From positions 220,805-284,804 of the forward strand of contig JBOHNX010000002.1 of assembly GCA_050730875.1 (NCBI GenBank): a DNA stretch of 64,000 nucleotides. The letters run 5' to 3'. The stretch comes from Candidatus Saccharimonadales bacterium (lineage in GTDB: Bacteria; Patescibacteriota; Saccharimonadia; Saccharimonadales; EFPC-124). How positions within the stretch are numbered: the stretch's first letter is position 1; each line of letters opens with the position of its first letter. Under the pieces are notes generated by a model, which worked only from the letters and a program-made list of their open reading frames with translations, was not told where the DNA came from and made no database searches. A program made the translations under genes and the position numbers. This document shows positions 45,131 to 54,871 of this stretch, in pieces.

Positions 45131-46090
45131 ATGAGAGAAGCAGTACGCGCGTCAGGACCAGAACAAGATAATACAGGACGTTATCTTACTTCGCTACGTA
45201 AACGCGAGCTACTTGATGCCGAGGAAGAAGTTATCTTATCGAAGCGGATTGAAGCTGGCTTGTTTGCAGAGCACTTGCTCTCTCTAGCCGAAGACGATGA
45301 AGAAGGGCAACGACTTCCCGTCGTGGCAACGCGCGATGCATTACTGACGATTGCCGAAGAGGGTAGAGAAGCCAAAGCTTTATTTATCGAATCTAACTTG
45401 AGACTCGTTGCCAACCTTGCCAAGCGTTACATAGGCGGGCGCAGCCACTTGCAATATGATGACTTAGTTCAAGAAGGTAACAAAGGTCTGATACGAGCCG
45501 TTGAGAAGTTTGATTACCAGAAAGGCTTTAAGTTCAGCACCTACGCAACATGGTGGATCCGTCAGGCGATCACTCGCTCACTGCCTGAGCAAGACCAAGG
45601 GATCCGTATTCCTGTGCATAAGTGGGAAGATATCAATAAGCTTGGCTCTAGAATTCGCAAATACGAAAAGGAAAATTATACTGAGCCTACTGATGAGGAG
45701 CTTTCAGAGGAACTTGGTTGGTCCCTTGATCGTGTACAGCAAGCAAAAGAAGCGATGCATATCTTTATAAGTCTCGATGCTCCAGTGGGGGAGGATGGTG
45801 ATTCAACTCTGAGCGATGTCGTGTCGGTCACTGCACCTAGCCCGGAAGATATAGCTCTAAACAACGTCGAACGTACTGAGCTTGAAGATGCGATTTCGGA
45901 ATTGGATGACCGGTCCGCTGCTATTATTCGGATGCGCTACGGACTCCTCGACGGAGAGCCTTGGTCCCTTGCAGATATCGGTAAACGATTCGAACTGTCG
46001 CGCGAACGCGTGCGCCAACTCGAAGTTAAAGCGCTTGAAAAACTAAAAGAAATTATGTACTCAGAAGGTTCCGACAAGCTATCGGCTTAG
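45131..46090 (+). CDS. Second sigma-70-family factor (RpoD-like paralog)
   Basis: The ATG at 45131 follows [38 protein letters not shown]. Region 4.2 reads SLADIGKRFELSRERVRQLEVKAL. Confidence 0.8.
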   Translation: MREAVRASGPEQDNTGRYLTSLRKRELLDAEEEVILSKRIEAGLFAEHLLSLAEDDEEGQRLPVVATRDALLTIAEEGREAKALFIESNLRLVANLAKRYIGGRSHLQYDDLVQEGNKGLIRAVEKFDYQKGFKFSTYATWWIRQAITRSLPEQDQGIRIPVHKWEDINKLGSRIRKYEKENYTEPTDEELSEELGWSLDRVQQAKEAMHIFISLDAPVGEDGDSTLSDVVSVTAPSPEDIALNNVERTELEDAISELDDRSAAIIRMRYGLLDGEPWSLADIGKRFELSRERVRQLEVKALEKLKEIMYSEGSDKLSA

Positions 46091-47265
46091 CCGACCGGCT
46101 GGGTCTTACGCGCTTTTTTGGCAACTTTTTTGACGGCGCTTGGGACGCTGCGAATTTTATTTTTAACGCGAGTAAGTTTTTTGCGCTTACTCAAGATTTT
46201 CTCGAACGTAGCTTCGTATGCATCAACCATCTTTTCGAGCGAGAAGTTTTGCAGCACGTGCTCGCGACAGTCGGCGCGGTTAATGGTGTCAATTTTTTGC
46301 ACGGCTTCAATCATTTCAGTGATGCTATCTACCACAAAACCGGTTTTACCATCTGCAACCACTTCTTGTACCGCGCCGCGGCGTAGGGCGATTACGGGCG
46401 TCCCGCAGGCCATTGCTTCGATCATTGTTAAGCCAAACGGTTCTTCCCACTGAATCGGCATTAGGAACGCTTTGGCCTTTTTGTAGTAGCAAGCCAACTG
46501 TTCTTGTTCCATATAGCCTAAGTACAAAATCTTGTCGTTTAGGTATGGTTTGATGTATTGGTCGAAGTACCCCTGGTTATCGGGATAAACCGGGCCAATA
46601 ATAAGCAGGCGATGGTCTGTTGCCTGGGCAACTTGAATCGCTTCTTTAATACCTTTTTCGGGCACGATTCGGCCGGCAATTAGTAAATAATCCTCGGCTT
46701 CTTCGCCAAAAGGCCACAGGTCGGTGTTGGTGCTGTTGTACACCGTGCCGGCATAGTTAAGATCCGGCGCGTCGCGTCGTTGATTATTGGAAATCGAAAT
46801 ATAGCGCTGGTTTGGTGATTCGTAGAGCTCAAAGAGCTCTTTATACCAGCCGTAAATTGGGTCGTGCAACGTATATGCTACGGGCACCTGGGTATTGCCC
46901 ATGGCGTGCGGCAGTGCCGCTTCGGCGTGGTGGAAGTGCAGCAAGTCGTATTCGCCGGCATGCGCCCGTTTAAACATCTCATCAACCATGTAGCGGTCCC
47001 ATAAACCAGGGACGTAGTGGTTCATCTTTTCCAAATCTTCAATAAGTGCGCGAAATTCCTGCTGGTCTCGGGCCAGAGGTCGCAAATTGCAGGATTCAAT
47101 AGGCACCCCGATAGGGCCGCTGCCAAGAGGGGCGAAAAAGTCGACTTTGTGTCCTCGTCCGACCAATCCCTCTGCGATGGCAACCGCCAAGTCTAAAGGA
47201 GCATAGATCATATCCGCTGGTCGTGGCACCGTTAGATAACCACGCACCATCATTGCGATCTTCAT
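46087..47265 (-). CDS. Glycosyltransferase family 4 (GT-B, RfaB-like)
   Basis: 392 aa. EEPFGLTMIEAMACGTPVIALRRGAVQEVVADGKTGFVV (the EX7E region). The stop codon overlaps the convergent sigma gene by 4 nt. Confidence 0.8.
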   Translation of the reverse strand: MKIAMMVRGYLTVPRPADMIYAPLDLAVAIAEGLVGRGHKVDFFAPLGSGPIGVPIESCNLRPLARDQQEFRALIEDLEKMNHYVPGLWDRYMVDEMFKRAHAGEYDLLHFHHAEAALPHAMGNTQVPVAYTLHDPIYGWYKELFELYESPNQRYISISNNQRRDAPDLNYAGTVYNSTNTDLWPFGEEAEDYLLIAGRIVPEKGIKEAIQVAQATDHRLLIIGPVYPDNQGYFDQYIKPYLNDKILYLGYMEQEQLACYYKKAKAFLMPIQWEEPFGLTMIEAMACGTPVIALRRGAVQEVVADGKTGFVVDSITEMIEAVQKIDTINRADCREHVLQNFSLEKMVDAYEATFEKILSKRKKLTRVKNKIRSVPSAVKKVAKKARKTQPVG

Positions 47266-47392
47266 GAATAACCTTACCTACCTGGCATTCAATATTATCA
47301 TATGCGATGTGTGGGTACAAAATTAACAGGGGTGGCGATTTTGTTGTGCTTTCCACCGTTAGGCCAGATTCGGCATAAATCTACCCCTAGTT

Positions 47393-47398
47393 TATACT
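47393..47398 (+). promoter_or_regulatory. Candidate -10 box (TATACT) placed for leaderless polA transcription
   Basis: The -10 ends 6 nt before the ATG at 47405. TCGGCA lies at a 17-nt spacing upstream. No SD. Confidence 0.3.
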
Positions 47399-47404
47399 GG
47401 TACC

Positions 47405-49951
47405 ATGAGCTCCCCGCGCCTAGTTATTATCGATGGTAAGTCGGTGTTTTACCGTGGTTACTATGCCATGCCCACTTTAAGTACCAAAGACGGCACGCCC
47501 ACCGGTGGTGTGTACGGCTTTGCCATGATGGCGTTAGAAGTTGTGAGGAAGCTTAAGCCCGATTACGTTTGCGTGGCGTGGGACAAAAGTAAGACCAACA
47601 TTCGTTCGCGAGTGGCGATTTACCCAGCTTACAAAGCCAACCGCAAGCCAGCACCGCCAGATTTTTATGAGCAAATTCCAATTTTGCACGATTTGCTGGA
47701 TGCGCTGGAGTGGCCGCTGTACGAAATCGACGATTACGAAGCCGATGATATTATGGGAGCTTTTGCCAAGCAGGCAGGCGTCGAAGGCATCGAGAGTTAC
47801 CTCATTACAAGCGACCTCGACGTATTGCAACTTATCAACCCGCATACGCACATTTATACGCTCAAAAAGGGCGTGAGCCACATCGAATTGTTTAACGAAG
47901 CGTCGTTTAGAGAAAAGTACGGCGTGGATGCGCACCAGTGGGTGGATGTGAAGGCCCTGAAGGGTGATTCGTCCGACAACATCCCTGGCGTAGCGGGTGT
48001 CGGCGAAAAAACCGCTATTGAGTTGATTAAAAAGTACGAGACGCTCGATAGCGTGTACGAACATTTGGATGAGCTCAAACCTGCCCTAAAGGCAAAACTC
48101 GAGCGCGACAAAGACATGGCGTACCTCAGTAAAAAACTGGTAACGCTGATGGTTGATGCGCCAATTAAAATCGATCTGAAAAAGGCCAAACTCAGCGATG
48201 GCATTACGCCCGAATTCGCCGCCATTCTACGAAAATTAGAGTTCAAGGTTTTACTGCGCCAAGTTGAAGCGCAAATTCCAAAAGAAGAGATTGCCGAAGC
48301 AGAAGTGCCAGGCGAAGTCATTGAACCAGCCAAACAAACCGACTTTGTGGCTATGGATTTCTTGAGCGACAAACCGCGCGTGCTGGCCATGAACCCAGAA
48401 AGTAACGAGCTGTGGGTGAGTACCGATGCCAAGAAATTTTCGGTTATTTCGTTTGACGATCTGAATAAAGAAATTGTCAAAACACTCGCTAGTGGCCCTG
48501 TAGTTGGACATGATTTAAAAAGTGTCTTCCGCGCACTACTGGCGTACGGTTTTGAATGGCCGGGTGAAGTCGGGCATGATACGCGGATTGGTTCGTTTGT
48601 GTTAAATAGTCTGCAGCGCTCGAATGACCTTAGCGATTTGCTTGAACAACCAATTGATACAAGCGACGCTGGCAAAGTTATCGCCGCTGTTTGGTACGCG
48701 TTCGAAGACCAACGCGTGCAATTTAACGAACTACCAAAGCTCCTTAAATTGACTCGCGAAATCGAATTCCCATCAATTTATTTACTCGCTAAAATCGAAC
48801 ATCGCGGCATTTTGCTCGACAGTGAGTACTTGAAAGAGATGAGCATCGAATTTGCCGAGAAAATTAATGATATCCAACAACAGATGTACAAACTGGCAGG
48901 GCAAGAATTTAATATCGGCTCGCCCCAGCAACTTGGCATGATTTTGTTCGAAAAATTAGGTCTGCCAGTGGGCGGCATTAAAAAAGGAAAAACCGGTTAT
49001 TCAACTGGCGCGAATGAGCTCGACAAGCTGCGTGGGTTGCATCCAATTATCAACCTCATCACGCGGTACCGTGAATATACCAAGCTCAAAAGTACGTACA
49101 TAGACGCGCTGCCAAAATTGGTAGATAAAGAAGGCAAACTGCATACCACCTTCCACTTGGATGTTGCTGCGACCGGCCGCTTGAGTTCACAAAATCCGAA
49201 CCTGCAAAACATTCCAACCCGCACCGAACTTGGCCAGGCGATTCGCACGGCGTTTGTGCCAGCCAAAGGCAACGTATTTGTCAGCGCCGACTACAGCCAG
49301 TTCGAACTGCGCCTCGCGGCTGTTATGGCAAACGACGAAGAGCTGATTGCCGACTTCAACAAAGGTGTCGATATTCACACCAAAACCGCAGCCGAAGTTC
49401 TGGGCATCCCAATGGAAAAAGTGGACAAAAACATGCGCCGCAATGCCAAGGTGGTGAACTTTGGTATTTTGTACGGCATGAGCCCGCATGGCCTCAGCGT
49501 TGCTACGGGCATGACATACGACGAAGCCAAAACGTTTATTGACAAATACTTTGAGCTACGCAAACCGGTACGCCAGTACATCGACAAAATTCTTAAACAA
49601 GCTTTGCACGATGGTTACGTAGAAACCATGTTCGGCCGCCGCCGTCCAACACCAGACCTTAAAAGCAGCAACTTTATGGTCCGCGAAGGCGCCAAGCGCG
49701 CTGCCGCCAACATGCCAATTCAGGGTACCGAGGCCGACCTAATGAAGCTCGCGATGTTAGAGGTGGAGAAGAAATTGGATGGACTAGGGGAGCAGTTGCT
49801 GCAAATCCACGACTCAATCCTGGTAGAAACGCCCAAAGAAAACGCCCAAAAAGTCGCCAAGATTCTAAAAGACACCATGGAAAACATCCACAAACTGCCC
49901 GTACACCTCCAGGTAGACACCTCCATCGGCGATAACTGGGGCGAATTGTAA
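47405..49951 (+). CDS. polA: DNA polymerase I
   Basis: 848 aa. 5' nuclease domain (YRGYYA, GVPGVGEKTA-like GVAGVGEKTA). Pol motifs A (SADYSQFELR), B (RRNAKVVNFGILYG) and C (QIHDSILVE). Confidence 0.95.
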   Translation: MSSPRLVIIDGKSVFYRGYYAMPTLSTKDGTPTGGVYGFAMMALEVVRKLKPDYVCVAWDKSKTNIRSRVAIYPAYKANRKPAPPDFYEQIPILHDLLDALEWPLYEIDDYEADDIMGAFAKQAGVEGIESYLITSDLDVLQLINPHTHIYTLKKGVSHIELFNEASFREKYGVDAHQWVDVKALKGDSSDNIPGVAGVGEKTAIELIKKYETLDSVYEHLDELKPALKAKLERDKDMAYLSKKLVTLMVDAPIKIDLKKAKLSDGITPEFAAILRKLEFKVLLRQVEAQIPKEEIAEAEVPGEVIEPAKQTDFVAMDFLSDKPRVLAMNPESNELWVSTDAKKFSVISFDDLNKEIVKTLASGPVVGHDLKSVFRALLAYGFEWPGEVGHDTRIGSFVLNSLQRSNDLSDLLEQPIDTSDAGKVIAAVWYAFEDQRVQFNELPKLLKLTREIEFPSIYLLAKIEHRGILLDSEYLKEMSIEFAEKINDIQQQMYKLAGQEFNIGSPQQLGMILFEKLGLPVGGIKKGKTGYSTGANELDKLRGLHPIINLITRYREYTKLKSTYIDALPKLVDKEGKLHTTFHLDVAATGRLSSQNPNLQNIPTRTELGQAIRTAFVPAKGNVFVSADYSQFELRLAAVMANDEELIADFNKGVDIHTKTAAEVLGIPMEKVDKNMRRNAKVVNFGILYGMSPHGLSVATGMTYDEAKTFIDKYFELRKPVRQYIDKILKQALHDGYVETMFGRRRPTPDLKSSNFMVREGAKRAAANMPIQGTEADLMKLAMLEVEKKLDGLGEQLLQIHDSILVETPKENAQKVAKILKDTMENIHKLPVHLQVDTSIGDNWGEL

Positions 49952-49993
49952 AGCGAAATGTTCGTATGAACGCTTTGCACAAAAAACAAGAAT

Positions 49994-50491
49994 GTGCATC
50001 TTGTAGAACCGGACGTAAATAGAGATGCTCCGTTAAGCATTTCGTGGCTCCGTGGGAAGAATGGGGAAGAAACATTGCGGTCAATGGGAGTTGCAGACAA
50101 AGCGATCCGAAAAACGACGCTTGCCGAAGAGCAAAGACGCATTACAGATTTTTTGCAAAGAAAAGACCAACTAAATTGGATGATCGAAGCAGGCGGTGAA
50201 ATCGTGGGCGCAGTTTGGGTGGACATGGATAAAACTAATCATCTACCTGCCCCGGCAATACACTTGATGGTTGGCGACACCGCCCAGCGGGGGCAAGGCG
50301 TCGGCAGTGCGGCTCTTGAAGCGGTTTTGGAATATTTACAGAATAGTGGCGTGCACATTGTTTATTCACGCCGTACTTTGCAAAATAAAATATCCGCCAA
50401 GTTGTTGGCAAAAATGGGCTTCGAAAAAAGCGGCAAAGAATATTTCGATGATGACGGTCTGCGGTGGCAGAATGTCGCGAGATATTCCTGA
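49994..50491 (+). CDS. GNAT-family N-acetyltransferase
   Basis: 165 aa. Acetyl-CoA motif A QRGQGVGSAALEAVL. GTG start. Confidence 0.7.
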   Translation: MHLVEPDVNRDAPLSISWLRGKNGEETLRSMGVADKAIRKTTLAEEQRRITDFLQRKDQLNWMIEAGGEIVGAVWVDMDKTNHLPAPAIHLMVGDTAQRGQGVGSAALEAVLEYLQNSGVHIVYSRRTLQNKISAKLLAKMGFEKSGKEYFDDDGLRWQNVARYS

Positions 50492-50538
50492 AAATAGCAA
50501 CGTAGGTTGTAGTTTTGTGTAAACATGGGTTTCTATGA

Positions 50539-50608
50539 TTGTTGAACTTTATATATCAGTATATCTGTTAACTAAGGATATAGTTGAACAATTTTGTTGA
50601 ACTTTATA
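50539..50608. repeat. Two perfect 15-bp direct repeats (TTGTTGAACTTTATA) 55 bp apart, plus related GTTGAAC/GTTAAAC copies, upstream of fic
   Basis: Copies at 50539..50553 and 50594..50608. Related TAGTTGAACAA at 50581 and TTGTTAAACTT at 50617. AT-rich intergenic region. Confidence 0.45.
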
Positions 50609-50631
50609 AGTTATTTTGTTAAACTTGTGGC

Positions 50632-51786
50632 ATGCAACCGTTAACGCTTCCAGAGCCTCGTTTTAATTCGCGGATTACTCATCTTATCTTTGATCTTGAA
50701 CATCTCCGCGACCGTAGCCTTAAGGGTTCAACTCCGAAGTGGCTATTCTTTGATTTAAAGGATGTGGTCCATCAACTTGAGAGTCTTACCTCAGCCAGGA
50801 TAGAAGGAAATCGCACAACCATAATGAGTGCCGTAGAAGACATTATCGAAGGGTCAAAACCCACTAAAGAAGAATCTCTGCTTGAGCTGCGTAATATCCA
50901 ACGGGCCATTAAGTTCATAGAAGACCAAGCCAACAATACAAGAATTGATCGGGCGTTTATCTGTGAACTACATAAGATTGCAGTGCACGATCTTTCACCG
51001 CCGCGCAGGGGAGAGGGCAGCCGACATCCGGGGAGGTATCGTTCAGACAATATAACGATAAACAATAGTGAACACACGCCGCCGGACTATACCCGTGTAG
51101 GTGATCTAATGGACGAGTTGGTTGCGTTTATCAATGAGCCTAATCTATCTCAATATGATCTCCTAAAAACCGCTGTCGTGCATCATCGCTTTGCGGCCAT
51201 ACACCCATTTGATAACGGGAACGGACGCACGGTTCGCTTACTCACATATGCGATGCTTACAAAGCAAAGCTTTATTGACGACAAGGGTTTTCGTTTGCTG
51301 AACCCATCTGCAGTTTTTTGCATAGACCGTCAAAAGTACTATGATATGTTGGCACGCGCCGACTCGGGCGGTGAAGAAAATATGCTTGCATGGTGTGAGT
51401 ATGTGCTGGAGGGCATCAAGACCGAGATTGAAAAGATCGATAAGTTGCTTGACGTTGATTTTGCAAGACGTAACATTATTATTCCGGCATTGAATATTGC
51501 GTTAGAGAAAAAACAGATGAGCGATAAAGAATATGAGATTATGCTTGTTGCTATGAAAAAGTGGCTTTTCCAGGCCCGCGACCTTTACCCGCTATTTGGC
51601 ACAACTCCTTCTGCAAAAACAGCGATCTCCCGGACTCTTCAACGCATGAAAGAGCAAAATTTTATAATGCCGCACCCTGATTTCAAACAGAAATATGTAT
51701 TACGTTTCTCAAACAACTACTTGCTCCGTGGTGTGATGCAACAGTTAGATGTGCATAATTTACTGCCAATAAAGCCGAACGCTTAG
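50632..51786 (+). CDS. fic: Fic-family protein (AMPylase-type motif, class II auto-inhibition helix, C-terminal wHTH-like region)
   Basis: 384 aa. Canonical HPFDNGNGRTVR (HxFx[D/E]GNGRxxR). N-terminal TSARIEGN matches the [S/T]xxxE[G/N] inhibitory motif. Confidence 0.85.
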   Translation: MQPLTLPEPRFNSRITHLIFDLEHLRDRSLKGSTPKWLFFDLKDVVHQLESLTSARIEGNRTTIMSAVEDIIEGSKPTKEESLLELRNIQRAIKFIEDQANNTRIDRAFICELHKIAVHDLSPPRRGEGSRHPGRYRSDNITINNSEHTPPDYTRVGDLMDELVAFINEPNLSQYDLLKTAVVHHRFAAIHPFDNGNGRTVRLLTYAMLTKQSFIDDKGFRLLNPSAVFCIDRQKYYDMLARADSGGEENMLAWCEYVLEGIKTEIEKIDKLLDVDFARRNIIIPALNIALEKKQMSDKEYEIMLVAMKKWLFQARDLYPLFGTTPSAKTAISRTLQRMKEQNFIMPHPDFKQKYVLRFSNNYLLRGVMQQLDVHNLLPIKPNA

Positions 51787-52640
51787 TGAAACACTTGTGT
51801 GAGTAACGATTGTAACTTGCATATTTTGACCTTCTCGTCTTTTTGCAGTGAGACTGGCAAGGGAAGTGAATCACTCACAAACAAACGGCTGACGCCGAGC
51901 TTCCAGAGTTTTTGCCATTTGGTGCCGGTGAATAGGCCGTGGGTTACGGCGATAACAATATCTTTTACGCCCTGACTTTTCAGGTGCTGGCAGGCGGAAA
52001 CGAGCGTGCTGCCGGTGTCTAAAACATCATCAACTACGAGCGCGGTTTTGTCGGCTGGAACTGGCAGGCCAAGGTGTTGCACATCGGATTCCATGCGCTG
52101 TTTAGGGAGCACAACTGGCGGTGCTGCACCGAGCTCTTTGGCTATGTCGCCAGCGCGGTCGGTGGCGCCTTCGTCCGGCGCAACGACAGTGAAATCTTGT
52201 TTACCGACTGCCTTGGCAAATAACGTAGCAGGTGAGAGTGAGCGAATAGGCACGGGGCATGCTTTTGCGGCTTGCGGGCTGTGTAGGTCGACGGTAATAA
52301 TTTCATACACGCCCGATGCGCGGGCTAGTCTACCGGCCCAGGCCATGCCTAGGCTTTCGTTCGGCTTGGCCTCGTCCTGACGGGCATAGCCAAGGTAGGG
52401 TAGGAGGGCGATAATGCGCGTTGCGCCGCAGCGTCGAAGAGTGTCGGCCAACAGAGTAAAAACCAGCAAATCTTCGTCCGCTGGTGCAATGCTGCCAACA
52501 ATCAGTGCATGGTTTTTGTTCACGCACTCATCAAGCTCTATCGCAAGTTCGTTATTGGGGAAGCGATTGATTTGGAACGTACCGCGCGAGACATGTTTTG
52601 GCAGCAAGTGCTCAAAACCGGGCATGGCGAATCCAATCAT
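51783..52640 (-). CDS. prs: Ribose-phosphate pyrophosphokinase
   Basis: 285 aa. LLPYLGYARQD, DLH, and PRPP loop VVDDVLDTGSTL. 4-nt convergent overlap with fic. Confidence 0.85.
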   Translation of the reverse strand: MIGFAMPGFEHLLPKHVSRGTFQINRFPNNELAIELDECVNKNHALIVGSIAPADEDLLVFTLLADTLRRCGATRIIALLPYLGYARQDEAKPNESLGMAWAGRLARASGVYEIITVDLHSPQAAKACPVPIRSLSPATLFAKAVGKQDFTVVAPDEGATDRAGDIAKELGAAPPVVLPKQRMESDVQHLGLPVPADKTALVVDDVLDTGSTLVSACQHLKSQGVKDIVIAVTHGLFTGTKWQKLWKLGVSRLFVSDSLPLPVSLQKDEKVKICKLQSLLTQVFH

Positions 52641-52655
52641 GCCAAGACTCCTCCT

Positions 52656-53327
52656 TTACAAAGGATGCTCTAATAATTTGATAACTTCGTCGTCCTTGAG
52701 TTGAGGGAAGTCATGATAGTAGGCACCGACAGCGCCTAGGTAGAGGGTCGGGATGTCGAGTGAGACGAGCACGTCGACTTTACTGCGGATGTCGTCGGCA
52801 ATATCACGGGGTAGTACTGGTACGGCAACGACAGTTTGTTTTGGTTTTTGTTTTTTAACTTCTTCGATTGCGGCCAGCATGGTCAGGCCCGTGGCAACTC
52901 CATCATCCACTAGAATGGCGGTCTTTTTGACGGCGGGAATTGGCTGTCGGTCGGCTAAATAGGTTTCGCGGCGACGCCGGGCTTCGGCTCGTTCGGCAGC
53001 TTCGGCACGTGCCAGCCAAGCTGCATCGGCATTTGCGCGCTCGACCTCGTTGCAAATAAGCGGCCCGGTTTCAGTAACGGCGCAAATGGCGTATTCGGGA
53101 TTAGCGGGATGGCCAATTTTTCGGCTAATTATAAGATCGAGCGGTAGGGTGAGGGCCTTGGCAATCTCTGCCCCCAATACCACACCTCCGCGTGGCAAAG
53201 CGTATACAACGGCGTGCTCGCGATACTTCTGCAGCTTTTCGGCAAGGAGCGCACCGGCTTCTTTTCGATCTGCAAAGCGCATACGTTCTATCGTATCACG
53301 TTCGCGTAGACGTTGCAGGTGGGTCAT
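52656..53327 (-). CDS. Phosphoribosyltransferase-family protein
   Basis: 223 aa. PRTase PRPP-binding loop ILVDDGVATGLTM. Substrate not determinable. Confidence 0.7.
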   Translation of the reverse strand: MTHLQRLRERDTIERMRFADRKEAGALLAEKLQKYREHAVVYALPRGGVVLGAEIAKALTLPLDLIISRKIGHPANPEYAICAVTETGPLICNEVERANADAAWLARAEAAERAEARRRRETYLADRQPIPAVKKTAILVDDGVATGLTMLAAIEEVKKQKPKQTVVAVPVLPRDIADDIRSKVDVLVSLDIPTLYLGAVGAYYHDFPQLKDDEVIKLLEHPL

Positions 53328-53360
53328 GTATAGTAAAGGCAGTAATTCGAAGGGAGAATC

Positions 53361-53792
53361 ATGCGGATTAAAGTTGTGCGAAAATCAGGCCATCCGTTGC
53401 CACAATACCAAACGGACCACGCCGCCGGGCTTGACCTTACTGCTGACCTAAAAGCGCCCGTTACTTTGCAGCCACTCGAGCGGTTTCTTGTCCCTACCGG
53501 TCTGCACATTGCGTTGCCAGTTGGTTTTGAAGCGCAAGTTCGCCCGCGTAGCGGCTTGGCCGTAAAGCACGGAATTACATGTCTTAATTCGCCCGGTACA
53601 ATTGATGCCGATTATCGGGGCGAAATTAAAGTACTGCTAGTGAATTTATCGAACGAATCATTCGTTATTAACGATGGTGAGCGAATTGCCCAAATGGTGA
53701 TCGCCAAGCACGAAAGGGTAGAGTGGGAAGAAGTGAGTGAACTCGACGAAACGACTCGCGGCCACGGCGGGTTTGGGCATACGGGGAAATAG
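53361..53792 (+). CDS. dut: dUTP diphosphatase
   Basis: 143 aa. Motifs [22 protein letters not shown] and a C-terminal [10 protein letters not shown]. Confidence 0.9.
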   Translation: MRIKVVRKSGHPLPQYQTDHAAGLDLTADLKAPVTLQPLERFLVPTGLHIALPVGFEAQVRPRSGLAVKHGITCLNSPGTIDADYRGEIKVLLVNLSNESFVINDGERIAQMVIAKHERVEWEEVSELDETTRGHGGFGHTGK

Positions 53793-53793
53793 T

Positions 53794-54231
53794 ATGAGCG
53801 AAGAGTTCGAAAAACGAACCAGTGGCATTACCCGGGGTGTCGGTGTGCTGCTTGTTTCAACAGAGGGCAAATTAATTGGCCACCTGCGAGATAACACACC
53901 CGGCATAGATTGCCCTGGTATGATAGGCACCTTTGGCGGTGGCATTGAAGAAGGCGAACTGCCGATTGAGGCTGCGGTACGTGAACTTCGCGAAGAGACA
54001 AACTTGGGCTTTAAAGCTGAGGAGCTGCGCCCATTCATGTGCTACAAAGTCCACCAGGAATTGAGCGGAAGAGATCATGTACTCTGCTTTTTTATTGCAG
54101 AAAAAGGCGTCGACACGGATTCGTTAGAGGTTTACGAAGGTGCAGGCCATTACATTATCGAAAGTCCCGATGACCCATTAATTTGCGCCCCAGCACTCCC
54201 AGTCTTCCGCCGCTGGTTCGATTCGGTATAG
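53794..54231 (+). CDS. Nudix hydrolase
   Basis: The ATG at 53794 lies 1 nt after the dut stop. Complete Nudix box GGGIEEGELPIEAAVRELREETNLG. Confidence 0.75.
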   Translation: MSEEFEKRTSGITRGVGVLLVSTEGKLIGHLRDNTPGIDCPGMIGTFGGGIEEGELPIEAAVRELREETNLGFKAEELRPFMCYKVHQELSGRDHVLCFFIAEKGVDTDSLEVYEGAGHYIIESPDDPLICAPALPVFRRWFDSV

Positions 54232-54238
54232 TTAAAGC

Positions 54239-54871
54239 ATGGACGAAAAATTTCTGACGCTTTGGGAAGATCCAGCCAAAGAAATCGGCGAGCTTATTTT
54301 GGACGAGGCGATCGAGGACGCCGCGCCGCTGGTTGCCAAGATTCCGCTACTATCGTTGGTTGTAGCTACCTGGAAAAGCGGCCGTGCCTGGACCGATTAT
54401 TTGCTTGCTAAAAAAGTGCAGCATTTTTACGAAGCATGGGAAACGCTTGGTACCAAAGAGCGCAAACAAATCTTCGAAAAATTTAAAAAGAAGCCACGCG
54501 CATTTGCCGAAAAATTGCTGTTCATTTTAGACCAGCAGGAAGATTTGGCTAAGTGCCGAATTTTGGGTGAACTAACCGTTGCGTATCTCCAAAATCATTT
54601 AAAACGGGGCGACTACTACGATCTTATCGAAACAGTTAATCGGCTATCGCTTGGAGACTTGCAGAAGTTCACAGCGCTTAACCAGTACGAGAGTTTAGTG
54701 CTGCCGCAACGGGTGGTGAAAGAACGCTACGCCGCGCTGTTTATAAGCCGCGGCTTGCTGATGAGCGCATCACGCATTCCGGGCGAGCAACGCACTAGTA
54801 GGGAGCCAGATTACCACCTGACCACTCTGGGTAAAAAATTGGCCGACATCCTAGGAGAAGGTAATGATTAA
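54239..54871 (+). CDS. Hypothetical helical protein
   Basis: 210-aa ORF. No motif recognised. Confidence 0.45.
   Translation: MDEKFLTLWEDPAKEIGELILDEAIEDAAPLVAKIPLLSLVVATWKSGRAWTDYLLAKKVQHFYEAWETLGTKERKQIFEKFKKKPRAFAEKLLFILDQQEDLAKCRILGELTVAYLQNHLKRGDYYDLIETVNRLSLGDLQKFTALNQYESLVLPQRVVKERYAALFISRGLLMSASRIPGEQRTSREPDYHLTTLGKKLADILGEGND

Noticed and set aside
48300-48560. Degenerate 3'-5' exonuclease motif in PolA (…AMNPESNEL… in place of the DxE ExoI motif)
   Set aside because: Loss of proofreading motifs in PolA is common (for example Taq/Bst-type enzymes), so it is not treated as novel.
47854-48675. 273-aa ORF antisense to polA
   Set aside because: It is a shadow ORF within polA. Its Ser-rich low-complexity translation matches no family.
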